NCBI GenBank assembly: GCA_025558095.1
Contig: JAIVFI010000044.1
Coordinates: 124,001 to 188,000, forward strand
From: Hyaloraphidium curvatum SAG 235-1
Taxonomy: Eukaryota; Fungi; Monoblepharomycota
DNA length: 64,000 bases
Reading direction: 5' to 3'
Shown: one piece after another, positions 44,151 through 55,751 of the stretch
Layout of the letters: every line of letters starts with the position of its first letter
How positions within the stretch are numbered: position 1 is the stretch's first letter
Program-made: the position numbers and the translations under genes
The notes under the pieces: generated by a model
Databases searched by the model: none
What the model was told of the DNA's origin: nothing
The model's input: only the letters and a program-made list of their open reading frames with translations

Positions 44151-45692
44151 TCATCCAGCCAATGGCACCCGAAACAGCCCCCGCAGCTCCTCTGCATCCA
44201 GCTCCCCGATCCTCCCCAGCCGATCAACCAGCTCTGCCGCCCGCCCCGGATCCCCGACCGCCAGCCCCGCTAGCCGCGCCCACTTGGCCGCGAGGATGCC
44301 GTCCAGGTCAGTTGTCCTGTTCCGGGCGTGGCCGGCAGGGTACATCACCAGACCGCTGTCCAGGGTGCGCCCGTCGTTGGTGATGACCGTGACCGAGGTC
44401 GGGATGCCATCCGGGTAGCGCGAATCGTACTCGGGCCCGCCGTGCTCGAAGGAGATGCGGGACATGAGGTCGCGCGTCGCAGAGTCCGCCAGCGCCGCGT
44501 CATCGTAGTCGGCGGGGAGCAGCATGAGGCTCTTCCAGAGATCGTCCGTCTGTGAGTCCCGATTGCCCGGGCCCTTGCCGCCAGCGTCCCTGTGGATCGC
44601 GTTGCGCAGCAAACGCCCGACGATGTACACCATGCTGTGGTCGGCGCTTTGCCGCGTCGTCGGGTTGCGCTTGGCGGGGTCGCCGATGATTGAGAATGCG
44701 GGCTCGTATGCCCTGATGACCACCCGCTCAATGACTCCGGGCTCACGTAGCTCCGAGTGCGCAGCAAGCAGATCCAGTATCCCCTGGATGGCCCCGGCCG
44801 ACTGGTGCTCGTACAGGCCGAGCTTAAAGTGCATCCCCATGACGGCAAAGTCGTCCCCGCTGTGGCTCAGCACGAGGTCGAATGGCGAGTCGCCGTCGGT
44901 GCGGACGAACCGCCTGAACATGGACTCAGGGTTCCGGAAGATGTCGCCCGGCCCGACGAACCCGTCCATCGCGCGCTTCACCGCAAGCACCGCCGCCTCG
45001 GAGCTGATTGCCGCCGACGCGCCCTTGCTGTCGCTCAGCTGCTCCCCCGCGCGGATCGCACGCCAGGGGACGTGGTGCGCGACAAAGATTCCCACGGCCC
45101 TCTCGATCTGACGCGCCGTGGCTCCCATCAGCGCACCGTACGCAGTCGCCGACGCGATGGCGCCGTGCACAACGTGGTCAATTTTGTGGGTCTTGAGGGA
45201 GAAGACCTCAGCCAGGCGGCCGCGGATCTCGTCAAGGAGCACCATCCCGCGGAGCGCGGCCTTGCCATCCAACCCGCGCTGCTCGCAGGCCGCCAGTACG
45301 ACGGGGTAGAAGTCGTTGTGTCCGAATTCGCCCGCCGTGTGGCCCAGCTCCGGCCTATACCCAAAGTTCGTTCCGTTGGAGTCCCACTCCCTCACCGCGG
45401 CGACGTTCGCCCCGACCGCCTTCTCCGGCTTCACCCTGGCGTCCGAGCCAAAGACCCCCGCGCCACGCGGGTCTGGATACCCGAGCGCCTCGCGGCGGAG
45501 CAGCGTCGGTGCGTTTGTCCGCAATGCGAGGGCGGAAAGTCCGCAGAGCGCCGCGTCGGCGTGGAACCGCACGGTGCGCGCGAGCACGGCTTCCGAGGGG
45601 CCGGGACCGAGGGCGCCGGAGACGAAGTCCAGGGCAAACTGGCCGAGGCCGAGGGCCTGGTTGGAGGAGCGTGGGAGCACGATGCGGTTCAT
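44151..45692 (-). CDS. prpD: 2-methylcitrate dehydratase, MmgE/PrpD family
   Basis: AVREWDSNGT, GEFGHNDFYP, SLKTHKIDHV, RAIRAGEQLSDSKG, FKLGLYEHQSAGA, PTTRQSADHS, YPAGHARN. Intronless 513-aa ORF. Confidence 0.9.
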   Translation of the reverse strand: MNRIVLPRSSNQALGLGQFALDFVSGALGPGPSEAVLARTVRFHADAALCGLSALALRTNAPTLLRREALGYPDPRGAGVFGSDARVKPEKAVGANVAAVREWDSNGTNFGYRPELGHTAGEFGHNDFYPVVLAACEQRGLDGKAALRGMVLLDEIRGRLAEVFSLKTHKIDHVVHGAIASATAYGALMGATARQIERAVGIFVAHHVPWRAIRAGEQLSDSKGASAAISSEAAVLAVKRAMDGFVGPGDIFRNPESMFRRFVRTDGDSPFDLVLSHSGDDFAVMGMHFKLGLYEHQSAGAIQGILDLLAAHSELREPGVIERVVIRAYEPAFSIIGDPAKRNPTTRQSADHSMVYIVGRLLRNAIHRDAGGKGPGNRDSQTDDLWKSLMLLPADYDDAALADSATRDLMSRISFEHGGPEYDSRYPDGIPTSVTVITNDGRTLDSGLVMYPAGHARNRTTDLDGILAAKWARLAGLAVGDPGRAAELVDRLGRIGELDAEELRGLFRVPLAG

Positions 45693-46022
45693 TCCGTCGC
45701 GCGTGGCCCGGATGCTTCAGAGACGCGTCGCGTTCGCGTGTTCGGGATGATCGGTGCCCCTTATAGGAACGCCAGCCTCGGATCGGGGCAGAGAGCTCAA
45801 TGAAATTGCAGGAATATGACCCCGATCAAGCGCACGGCGACTGGATTCGAAGGCTGCCACGGTGCAAGCAGCTTTGTTTGTGGCGAGGGTCGGAGGGTCG
45901 CCGCCACCAAGTCAACACGGGAGACAACGTGCGTGCGGAACCTCACTAGCTAGCCGGCTCTGGGGGCACGCCGAGCAACTCGGCCTTTAAGGACAGCTCT
46001 TACCAAGGAAAACCTCTCCAAA

Positions 46023-46895
46023 ATGTCCGCCAAACTCTTCTCGCTGGAAGGAGACGTTGCCTTCGTAACCGGCGCCGGCTCCGGAATAGGACAGCGGCTG
46101 GCAGTGGGCCTCGCGGAGGCCGGTGCCGACGTCGCGTGCTTCGACCTGAACACGGCGGGGATGGACGAGACGGTGGCCAAGATCACGGCCCTGGGGCGGA
46201 AGGCCGTGGCATTGGCAGGGAACGTTACCGTGAGGTCGGACCTCGACGCAGCCGTCGTCCGGGCGGAGCTGGAGCTCGGGGCCATTACCTGCGCGGTGAA
46301 CTGCGCTGGGGTTGTCGACGCGGCGCCGTCGGAGACAATGCCATTCGATCAGTGGAAGAAAGTCTTATCGATCGATCTGGACGGGATCTTCCTCACCTGC
46401 CAGGCGCTCGCACAGGTGCGTTGGATCCAGTCGAGTGTCAACGTGGCCCTGACACGCTTCCACCAGGTCATGCTCCCGAGGCAGAACGGCCGGATCGTCA
46501 ACATCGCCTCCATTTCCGGCACCGTCATCGTCAAGGACCTCTACCAGGCCCACTACAACGCGGCCAAGGCCGGCGTTGTGCAGCTCTCCAAGTCGCTGGC
46601 TGCCGAGTGGGCGACCAGGGGCGTCCGCTGCAACACCATTTCGCCCGGCTTCACGATGACCCCGATGAATACGCGGCCGGACGTGGCATCGGCGGTGGAG
46701 GGGTACACCAAGCTGATTCCGATGGACAGGTGGGCTCAGACGGACGACCTTGTGGGACCGGCGGTGTTCCTGTGCTCGAAAGCGAGCTCGTACGGTGAGG
46801 CTTGGCGATGCTCAACGCTCAATTTCGGCTGATGGTGATCATGCTCAGTCACGGGCCACGACCTGATCTGCGACGGTGGATTCACGCTCTGGTAG
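46023..46895 (+). CDS. Classical SDR (sugar/polyol reductase-like, bacterial type)
   Basis: FVTGAGSGIG, VNIASISG, QAHYNAAKAGV, SLAAEWA, PMNTRP, TGHDLICDGGF. Introns at about 46416-46466 and 46795-46848. Confidence 0.92.
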
Positions 46896-47128
46896 AAGCC
46901 AGTAGTATCCGCCGAACGCGTAAGAGATTCGCCGAGGGACGTGCATGGCCACAAACTCGACCCCTGCCAAACCTCCAATTCCGGTCCACCTGCACCATCA
47001 ACGCCCTTCATCGCCACCTGTCTGCCGGGCAAACGCGTCAATACATCACTGTCAAAGCGCTGCCGGGGTGCATCGAGGTGATTCCCCGGGCCTTGCCGTC
47101 TTGACTCCCCACTCACGCGCGACGCAGA

Positions 47129-48459
47129 ATGAGGTTCCCTCTCGCGTTTGCCCTCCTCTGCCTCGCAGTTCCAACCCTGGCGGCACCGCTGCAACCGACC
47201 AACATTCTCAAAATGCTGAACAAGCTCGGTGAGTTCCCAGTTGTGCCCGTCGACGGATCCGGAGCTGACCGAGGAACCCGGATCAGTCTCGCCCAACATC
47301 ACCGCCGGCTGCCGTTCGTCCCTCCTCTCCCTTCCCTCCCTCTTCAACCTTGCCCGAATGTGCAATGATCCCTGTGCCAGTGGCTGCGCCACGGGTGTCT
47401 CGGCGCACCTCAACGCGTCGTCCGGGGCGTGCGGGGACCAGGGCGTCATCGGCCTCGACGGATCGAGCCTGGCGGAGCTGCTTGGGCTCGTCGATGGAGT
47501 ATGGAAGCGCGCTGCAGAGAGGATGGATGAGGCTGGCTACCCGTTGCCGACGGCCGGTCTGTGATCTTTGCCAATCTCGCCGCCGTACCAGGCCCCAGTT
47601 GATCCAGTTCCACAGAACTCGTCCGCGACGTCCGCTTCACCACCAGGGACGTGGACAGCGTCATGAGACTAGCACTTGCTCTGAATTGCGCCAAGGATTC
47701 TCACGGAGAATCTTGCTTGGTGCAGACCGCGGCGCGACTCGGGATCAGCGAGCTGCTTTCTGTCGCTGCCGGGAGTGAGTTTGGCATATGCGATGCCATG
47801 CTGCCCTGTCTGACTTTCGTTCCCGCAGATGAAACCTTGCCGGCCTACTCGCACCTGCCCGTTGACGAGACCATCGCATATGCGCACAGCTCCGAAGTCG
47901 TTTGCCGCGAATGCTCCCGCTCGATGATTGAGATCCTCCGCCGGGCCGAGTCCGTCTTTGAGAAGGTGGCACCTGCCGTCAATGATGCAGTGAACCACTT
48001 TGAGAGTCGCTACCAGGTTTGAGATTTTGCTGATGGCGCGAAGATTCAGAAGCTAATGCGATCATGAACTTTGGTCAGCTGTGCAACGCTTCGTCCTCGG
48101 CAGCGACGGCCAGTCAACAGCTCCCTGCCACACGGACGGCCGACGCTTTTGCCGCAGCCGCATCCATCATCTACGAAACCGGTTTTGCATCTGTCGCTGC
48201 TGCCTTCGAGACGGAGGCGGCGTCGATCGCGGGTCTTCCCTCTTACTCCACTGCTTGGGAAATGGCTTCGGTCGCGGCGATCTACGAGACTGTGAACGCG
48301 GCCGAGTGGCATGCGTCGCGCACCATGGAGGTTGCAGGATCCAGGACCGCGCCAGCGACAACGCGAACCATTATGGAGACGATCAAGCCCGACATCCAGA
48401 CCAAGAAGACGAAAACGACAAAGCGACAGATGTCCGTGGCCAAGACCATGTCCGTTTAG
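47129..48459 (+). CDS. Secreted cysteine-rich protein with Ala/Thr-rich tail
   Basis: Signal peptide MRFPLAFALLCLAVPTLA, ACGDQ, DVDSVMRLALALNCAKDSHGESCLVQ, VCREC. Intron 48017-48078 links to the 48064-48459 ORF. Confidence 0.7.
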
Positions 48460-48659
48460 GCCGACAAATGTTGGACACAACTGCGTCCCGCAAGCGAAAA
48501 ACGAATGAAGCATCCGGCGCGGTGCACACACAGAAAAGGACAAAAGCGACGGCATGGCGGCGAAGGCCTAGAGTAGATCATGATTACCTCCTTGTATTGC
48601 TCTTTCTTGATTTAGAGATCAATGACTCCCTGCCTCAAACCCATTCAGCTGTCCACGCA

Positions 48660-49947
48660 TCAGATTTTGGACGCGTTGGGGTTCAGCCGGCCTTTCATCA
48701 CGTTCTGCCGCAGCCTCTGGTTGATGATCGCTGCCTCAGGATTTCCGCCCGCAAAGATTTGATTCGTGTCTTCGGACAACCAACGGTGAGCAGCTGTTTT
48801 GCCTCGGGAGCGCTCGGACTGACCTTCGGAAGACACGGCTGCCCTGAGGGAAGCGCCGTCCTGGACCAGGTTCTGGAAAAAAGGGGGAGACGAGTCAGCC
48901 AAGGGTGCAACGGAGAGCAGAGTTGTAATTCTCACGATGTTGCTCTTTGTCACAATGAGACCCTGCGAAGGAAGTCACTGATGAGCCGTGTCAATGACGT
49001 GATCTGCAGGAAGAACCCACCATGTGGCTCATCTCCAGCATGTCGCGAGCCATGCTACGGCCAGCGTCCTCGAGCTTGTCGGCAGGCACGATCTCGGACA
49101 CGAGCCCGGTGCGGAGGCAGCGCTCTGTCATCTAGAATCAGCTCCCTGAGTCAAGGGGCATGGCAATACTACTACTCACCGGCATTGATCCAGCGGAAAG
49201 AAAGCAGTATCTCCGAAGCGGCGCTCCATCCGCAGAGCCGCGGCAGCAGCCAGCCCAACCCGATGTCGGCGCCTCCAAGCCCCATCCGGTTCGCTCCGCT
49301 CGAAATCTGCAGCGTTGGGTCGCCGAACCGCACGTCCGCAGATAGCGCGTAGGCGAGGCCCGAGCCGACAATCTTGCCCTTCATCAACGAGATGACGGGC
49401 TGAGGGATGTTGCGCAGCTTGACCGAGATGAGGGAGTATTTCCTTTGGTTAAAGAAGAGCGTGCTATGGTCGGGCCCCGGCGTCTTGTTCACGTCGTCGA
49501 AGTCCTGTGGCACATCGAGCCCGTTTGAGCCAGGTTGCGGTGTTGCAGCAGCAAACTCACCAAGCCTGCCGAGAAAGCACGCCCCTCGCCCGAAAGCACT
49601 ACAACTCTGACCTTCCGGTCCAACAGCAGCTCGTCGAGGATCATGTGGAGGGCATTGTACATCTACTCGTCACAGCGAGGAACAGCGCCAAATGAAGGCA
49701 CGCAAAAGACACAGCAAATGAAGACGAGAAGCTCAGGACGAGAGACATCGGCAAGTGAAGACGCGAAGCGCACTTGCTGCGTAATCGCGTTCATTCGGTG
49801 CGGCCTCGCCAAGGTGATCCAGAGAACGCGTTCGTCCTCCTCAACTCGCAGCTTCAGTCCCACCACCGCATTGTACCGCGCATATCGGACACTAGGCGGT
49901 GCATCGTAGGGGTCCCAACCGCCGGGAACGTTGTCAGAAGGGGACAT
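48660..49947 (-). CDS. Enoyl-CoA hydratase/isomerase (crotonase) family, possibly peroxisomal
   Basis: ITLARPHRMNAI, VVVLSGEGRAFSAGLD, PQPVISL, ALSADVR, LLPRLCG, GLVSEIVP, EDTNQ. Six introns; ends -SKI. Confidence 0.85.
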
Positions 49948-50038
49948 TTTCCGAAGTTATCGGGCCGACTCTGTTCCGCGTCTCAGAGGCCGACGTGTCT
50001 GCACGGTTGCCGGCTGCTTTCCGCCACCTGCGATCTAT

Positions 50039-53000
50039 TTAGATCAATCGACCGACTACGCCCCATTCCCTGGCGGGTTTCGTCTTGTCCAGCTTGCTGG
50101 CATGCAGGAGGGCAGGATGCGCCGCACGCATCTGCCCGATCTCGGCCAGGATCCGCCCGTTCCACAGCCAGTTCTCGAAGCTCCACCAGTTGCCTGCGAG
50201 GGCGGTGTACTCGCCCGACATGGCCGCCGACTGCATCTTATCGTCCTGCGTGGCGCGGAACGACCAGTACTCTGACTCGGCGGCCTGCCGTTGATAGAAG
50301 TAGAGCCGTCCGAGCAGAATACGCAGCGGTTGGTGCTGATCCGCCACCAGCGACAGCGAGCGCAGGTGTTCAATGAGCTCGATCAGTGTCGGGTCGTTAG
50401 GCGGCGGTGCCAGAGGGTCCGGCAGGGGCAGCTTCAGCGCGGCGTTCACGTTGTTGCCGTTCCCAGTTTCCCAGCTGGCAAAGAGCTTCTTCACGTTCTC
50501 CCTGGGTGGCCCATCGTGCAAAGTGTCCAGATTGAAGCCGACGGGCGCCGGCGGCCGCTTCGGTGGGTTGCGGAGCTCCTCCTCGACGATGTCGGTCGCC
50601 GTCTTATACTTGGCCAGCGGATCCGGAGGTGTGTAGGTTTCGTTGAGCTCCTTGACCCTCCGAAGCATCTCGGCGAGAGTCCACTGAGGCGAATGTGTTA
50701 GGACCGTGACTTGAGAAGAGACGGTCGAGAGCTCACCTCGACCTCCACGTCAGCAATGCACCTGCGCACACGTCGCGGGGCCATGTCATACCGCCACGGG
50801 CGCTTCTTCGGAAGAGGAGAAGCTGAATCGCTCCTTGCCTTGACGTGCCCGGTGGCATCGACAATGCCCGTGAGAAGGTTGAGTGTGGAAGGGCCGTCCG
50901 CCTTTCGGATCTCCCGCCGCTGAATGTCCGTGACGACCTTGAACGCCTCGTCCAGAGCGGCGAGTGCTTGGTCAGGTAGAACAAGATCGCGGTAGAGAAA
51001 CGATGCGCTCAGCCAGAGGTGAAGGAGCAGGTCGTACGGCGCAAACTGGTAGGTGTTGGTCATGTGGTCGGCGACGAAGGGGATGGGCTTGAGCCTCTGC
51101 CGCGCACTGAAGGAGTTTGCGGCGGAAGGGAGAATCCCGGCGGAAGATGCACCGCCCGATGTGTTGATCGACGATAGTGACACTGTCCGGGAAAAGCCGG
51201 CTCCCACGCTGGAACCGAAAGTCGGGCTCGGAGCCCCCCGCAAGTCGGCCATCTCGACCTCGGCCGCCGCAGGGCCGCTCGCTCTCGTCGCTTCGCCGTA
51301 AATCAGCGACGTGCTCTCCTGCCTGGGCATCGTGGAGCCTGCCAGAGCCGCCACGGCAAGAGTTGGGGATTGAATGGTGCTAGAGTCGACGCTGGAAGGC
51401 GGCGCAGCGACCTTCCCTGACCGGAGCAGCGTGTTCAAGGTGCGTTCGTCCGTGGTCATCACCGAGGGGAACATCTTGGCAAAGAGCGACAGCAGGTGGC
51501 GGCATTCCTCCAGGGACTTCGTCGGTCCCTTGAATGCACGAAGGATCCACATCGCCGAGCAGCGCAGCTTCAGCAGCTCGACCTTTCTCGAGGTCGGTAT
51601 CAGGCTCCAAGTGTCGCCTTCGACGACGAGTTCCTTCCACGCCGTCTCGGCAAGAGTCCAGGCTTCCGGGATGGTCGAGGCTCCTTGCGCATTCCCGAGC
51701 TTTGTCGGAGAAGCACTGAGCGCGAGCACCAACAAGTGCCACACGGGGATGCTTGTCGGCTGCAGCTGCAAACACCGCCGCAGCAAGCCAATGGCAATAT
51801 CCACCTGCCCGATGGTGCAGCGACCCAGAGCCTGAGAATACAGGCACTCCCACTCCCGAGGTTCCCCTTCCAGCAGCTTCGTGGCCGCGGCAAGCTCGTC
51901 CAGACCCTCCTCGAGGGCGCGCGTCCGCTGTGCCGGATCCACCGTGCATCGGCTGGAGCTCCATTCGCAGAGGACGATGCCGAGGATCCAGCGTGCCTCG
52001 GCCTCGCACAACTCGTACTCCCGCTGGCTGGGCGCATTGGGTCTTGCCTTCAGCACGTGCGTCAATGACTTCCTCGCCAGGTCCAAAGCCCAGTCGTACA
52101 GGTCCGCGTCGCTCTGATTGAGCGTCCCGCTCGACGAGTTGGCGCAGATGAACATCCGCACCACGTCCCAGACCACGCCGAGGTAGCAGGGCAACGTTTC
52201 CCCGCTACCCTTGACGATCCACGCCAGGGGCACCGACGACTCGTACAGCGCCGCGTCGCCCGACGGCTGTTCCCGCACCATCGCAGCCGGCGATTCCTCC
52301 ACCGGAAGTCCAAGATCTGGAGGTATCGCAAAGTACGGCGGACCCTTGGCCGAGTGATCTTGTTCGGGCGGTGGATCATCTGGTACTGGGCCGTCGGCGG
52401 CCTCGTGTGCGTCCTTAGTCGTGGCTCCGTTGACAAGGCCGTTGGGCCTCGTCTCAGGCGTCAAGGCGCCGTTGGGCGCCGAAGGACCGGGCGTCGCGGG
52501 ACGGTCAGCCTCCGGGCCGACCGGTGTCGCCGCCTCTCCCATGCTCGCAGAAACGTTCGACTGCCAGATATCCTCGGCAAACTTGGAGCTCAGCTCCACG
52601 GGGAGATCGGTCGATGCCCGCGCCGGCTTGGGCCGCTGCGCCGAGAGCATCGACGTCGAAGGCTGCCGCCCGGCGGAGACACTCGAGTTACGGCGAGCGT
52701 GCTCCTCGTCCTCGAGCTTCTTCTTCGCCTCGACGAGCTCCTTCTGACACGCGTCGACCCAGAGCTGCAGGTAGGTTTCGACCATGCTGCGAACCTCCTT
52801 CTTGTCGAGGTCCGAAAAGCTGTCGGGAAAATGGTCCGCTAGGTATCCAAAGGAGTGAATGAGGGCACGAAAGAAGGGAAGGTGGTTGAAGGAATGGTAC
52901 ATTGCCCGGTATGATTCCTTTCGATCGGCAGGAACCGGTCAACAAAAGCCGGCATACGCGACTTTCTCTCGCTCACCTCGACGGTCAGCCAGGCCTTTCG

Positions 53001-54572
53001 CCATTTTTCAATTTCCGGTATCCGGGGCCCGCCGTAGTCCTCGTCGTCGTCGCCGTCCGGATCAAGAGTCGCTTCCCAGTTGACCATGGACCGCCATTCG
53101 AAGCACTCCTTGACGCGCGCGTACCGCTGCTCTTCCTTGTCGTCCCGGATCGCCTTGGGGAACTCGGTGATGCCCGTCACGCACTCCTCGTAGCTGACCA
53201 GCAGGGTTTGCGCTTCAAGTTCCCAGCTCCCGACCCGCTTCACGATCGTGTTCACGTTGGGCTTGATCCGGCCGCCGTGGGTGAGCCCGTAAACGGGGCT
53301 CGGCCTGCCCGATCCGACGACGCCGGACGGCGGGGTGCCGTTCTCGCAGAAACCGCCGAGGTGTGTGACGAGGTACTTGAGGCGCTCCCTCAGAGGCAGG
53401 ATGTACCGGCTCCGCATGAGCATCGTGCCCTTCGAGCTCTGCGCCGACGGCGGTGGAAACAGGTTGAGGTGCAGCGTCACGGCGTTCTGAACCTCATCCG
53501 GCGCGAAGCTGCCCGCCGGCATCGCGTCCGCCCCGAGCCTGAGGACCATCTGGACCAGGCGGCGCCACGAGGCTTCCTCGCACCAGTAGACCCACTGGTC
53601 CGCCACTGCGCTGACGTCCACGGTCGGCACCTGCGGCCTGTCCTCCATCGGAACGACGCCTGTCGACGAGACGCTCACGGTCGACGGGATGCGCAGGCCG
53701 CGGCCCGAGCCGGCCGACGAGGGGTCCAATGCCGCCGCGACGGGGGACAGCTTCTGGCAGTACCACCCGAATACGCGGTCGAAGCAGCTGAACGAGGCGG
53801 CAAACTCGCTCTGGAGGTGGTACGCGAGCCCGCGGAGGACCCAGCCCTCGGCGACGAGCACCTTCATCGCATTGGTCCACCCCGAGTCGGCGGGGGGAGA
53901 GTCAGGCAGGTCATCGGGCAGGTCCGCGACCTGCAGAGCGGTGAGCGCCGCCTGGGGATCGCCCTTGACCAAGAGGTCCATCTTTGCGAGGAGGATATGG
54001 CACTGCCGCACGACGTCCAGCGGCGGAATGCGGGGCGCCGGGGCCCCTGCCGGGACCGGGGCTGCCAGACCCGAGGGTGTGGTGATGGAGATGCTGGGTC
54101 CTTGGGATCCCGAGGGCGGGGGAGCGAGCGATGACCCTGCCGGTGCTGCGGCGTCGGCAGACGCGGCCGCCTTGTCCCCGCCGCTGGGGCTCCTTGGCCT
54201 CTTGATCGCGAACGTCTGGAGCGCCGCGTCCAGCTTCATGCTGAACTTCGTCCCGCCGCTCTTTTCGATTGCCTTGAGGAGCAGCTCCCGCGGCCTGGCA
54301 AAGTCCTTCGGGTTGGGCGCCCGCGGCAGCAGCGTCGGCGCCACGTCGTAGTCCGGGTGCTCCTTGAGCAGCGGCGAGAGCTGCTGCCCCAGGATGGCCT
54401 CCGCCGTGATAAAGTCCTTGAAGATGGCCTTGCCCGAGTACTTTTCGTGCTTCCCGGCGAGGCGGTCGCGGATCAGCGCCCAGTTGCCCTGGCACCGCGC
54501 CTGGTCGATCTGCTGCTCGTAGGCGAGCAGCTTGGCCGACTTGGCGCCGGAACCGCTGCCGCCGGAAGCCAT
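50039..54572 (-). CDS. YPP1: Ypp1/TTC7-like TPR protein (PI 4-kinase complex scaffold)
   Basis: N-terminal IDQARCQGNW and TPR segments AIGLLRRCLQLQPTSIPVWHLLVLALSA, HLWLSASFLY, WLWNGRILAEIG. Two introns. Confidence 0.75.
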
Positions 54573-54974
54573 CGCGAGCGATTCCGAGGGAACTGCGCCG
54601 TTTGTCGACGGGTCGCGGAGGTTCGGATATGAACGCGTCCAAACCGCTACCGACGCGGCATCCCGGCCAGCCCGTGGCTCCTCGGGCTCAGATTGGTCTC
54701 GTCGACGACCGTTCCGGCGCGCAGGACCGGCAGTCGGCTCCGCAGCGGGAGTTCTCGGTGCACCGTGCACCGACTCCTTTGCTAGGCGAAATTTCTGCGC
54801 TAGCGATCGCACACAACCTCCTTTGACCTTCCCCTTCCTGCCCCATCCGAGGTAGCAGGAACCTCGTCTTCCTCTTATTCTCGATCATTTCTGACTCCCA
54901 GCCGCCCTCCCCGCCGCCCGAACCCCTCCGCCCCCGCCAAACGTGCCCGGCCCGCCTTCCCTTCAGACGCCGCC

Positions 54975-55183
54975 ATGGAGGAGGAAACCCGGGACCGCAT
55001 CATGCGCCTCTTCGACTGGGGCCGGCAGATCTTCCACGTGGCCTACATCCCGCTGATCCTGTACCTCGGTGGGTCCCCGCCTCGCTTTGCCCGTGGGTTC
55101 TCGGGCTGACTTGCGCGGAAGGCTACACGCGGTCCAACCCGCGGCCGTCGCTGCTGAGGCTCATCTCGCCGCTGGCTTCGTGA
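54975..55183 (+). CDS. TOM7: Mitochondrial import receptor subunit Tom7
   Basis: Intron 55069-55121 gives MEEETRDRIMRLFDWGRQIFHVAYIPLILYLGYTRSNPRPSLLRLISPLAS*. Absent from the ORF track. Confidence 0.93.
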
Positions 55184-55751
55184 TTGCGGACTGATTGGGA
55201 GAGGGAGACGGGGCGGCCGTGCCCCGTTGTGCGGACTCGGTCGACGTGGCGTGGGGCCGGGGGACGTTAAGGCAGAGGACGCTGCTTGTCGTGGCTGGAA
55301 CCTGAATCGACGGTTGCGACGGGCGTGAACTTTGTTAGGAGCGACGGGACGGGCGGAGGATGCTTCGTGGCGCTTCCTGGGGTCTTCTTGGTTCGCCTCG
55401 ACAACTTGCTGGACTACCGCGATCAGACCCGCCGACTTTTGCCGTCCGCGGCCATCTAAACCCAGGAGCACAAGCTCGAGATGTTTCTTTGCCGCTTTCG
55501 GATGACGGATCTGTCCGTACGCCGCTCCAGGGTCACTGGGCTTCCTCTGAGCCGATCGGTCAGGTCCCTCCGGTCCGAGGCCGCGGGCCAACTGTCCGGC
55601 GCTCCGGCCGCCGCAATCTGCCTTCTACCTTTCTATCGTCGTCCTGCCTTCCAGAATAGCGGCATCGCGACGCATGAACTGATCGATGCCTCGCGGCCCA
55701 ACCTCGAAGCCGATCCGACGCCGCAATCCTGCACACTCCATCGTTCGCACA

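Noticed and set aside
48064-48459. Stand-alone 131-aa gene
   Set aside because: Better explained as the last exon of the gene starting at 47129 (intron 48017-48078).
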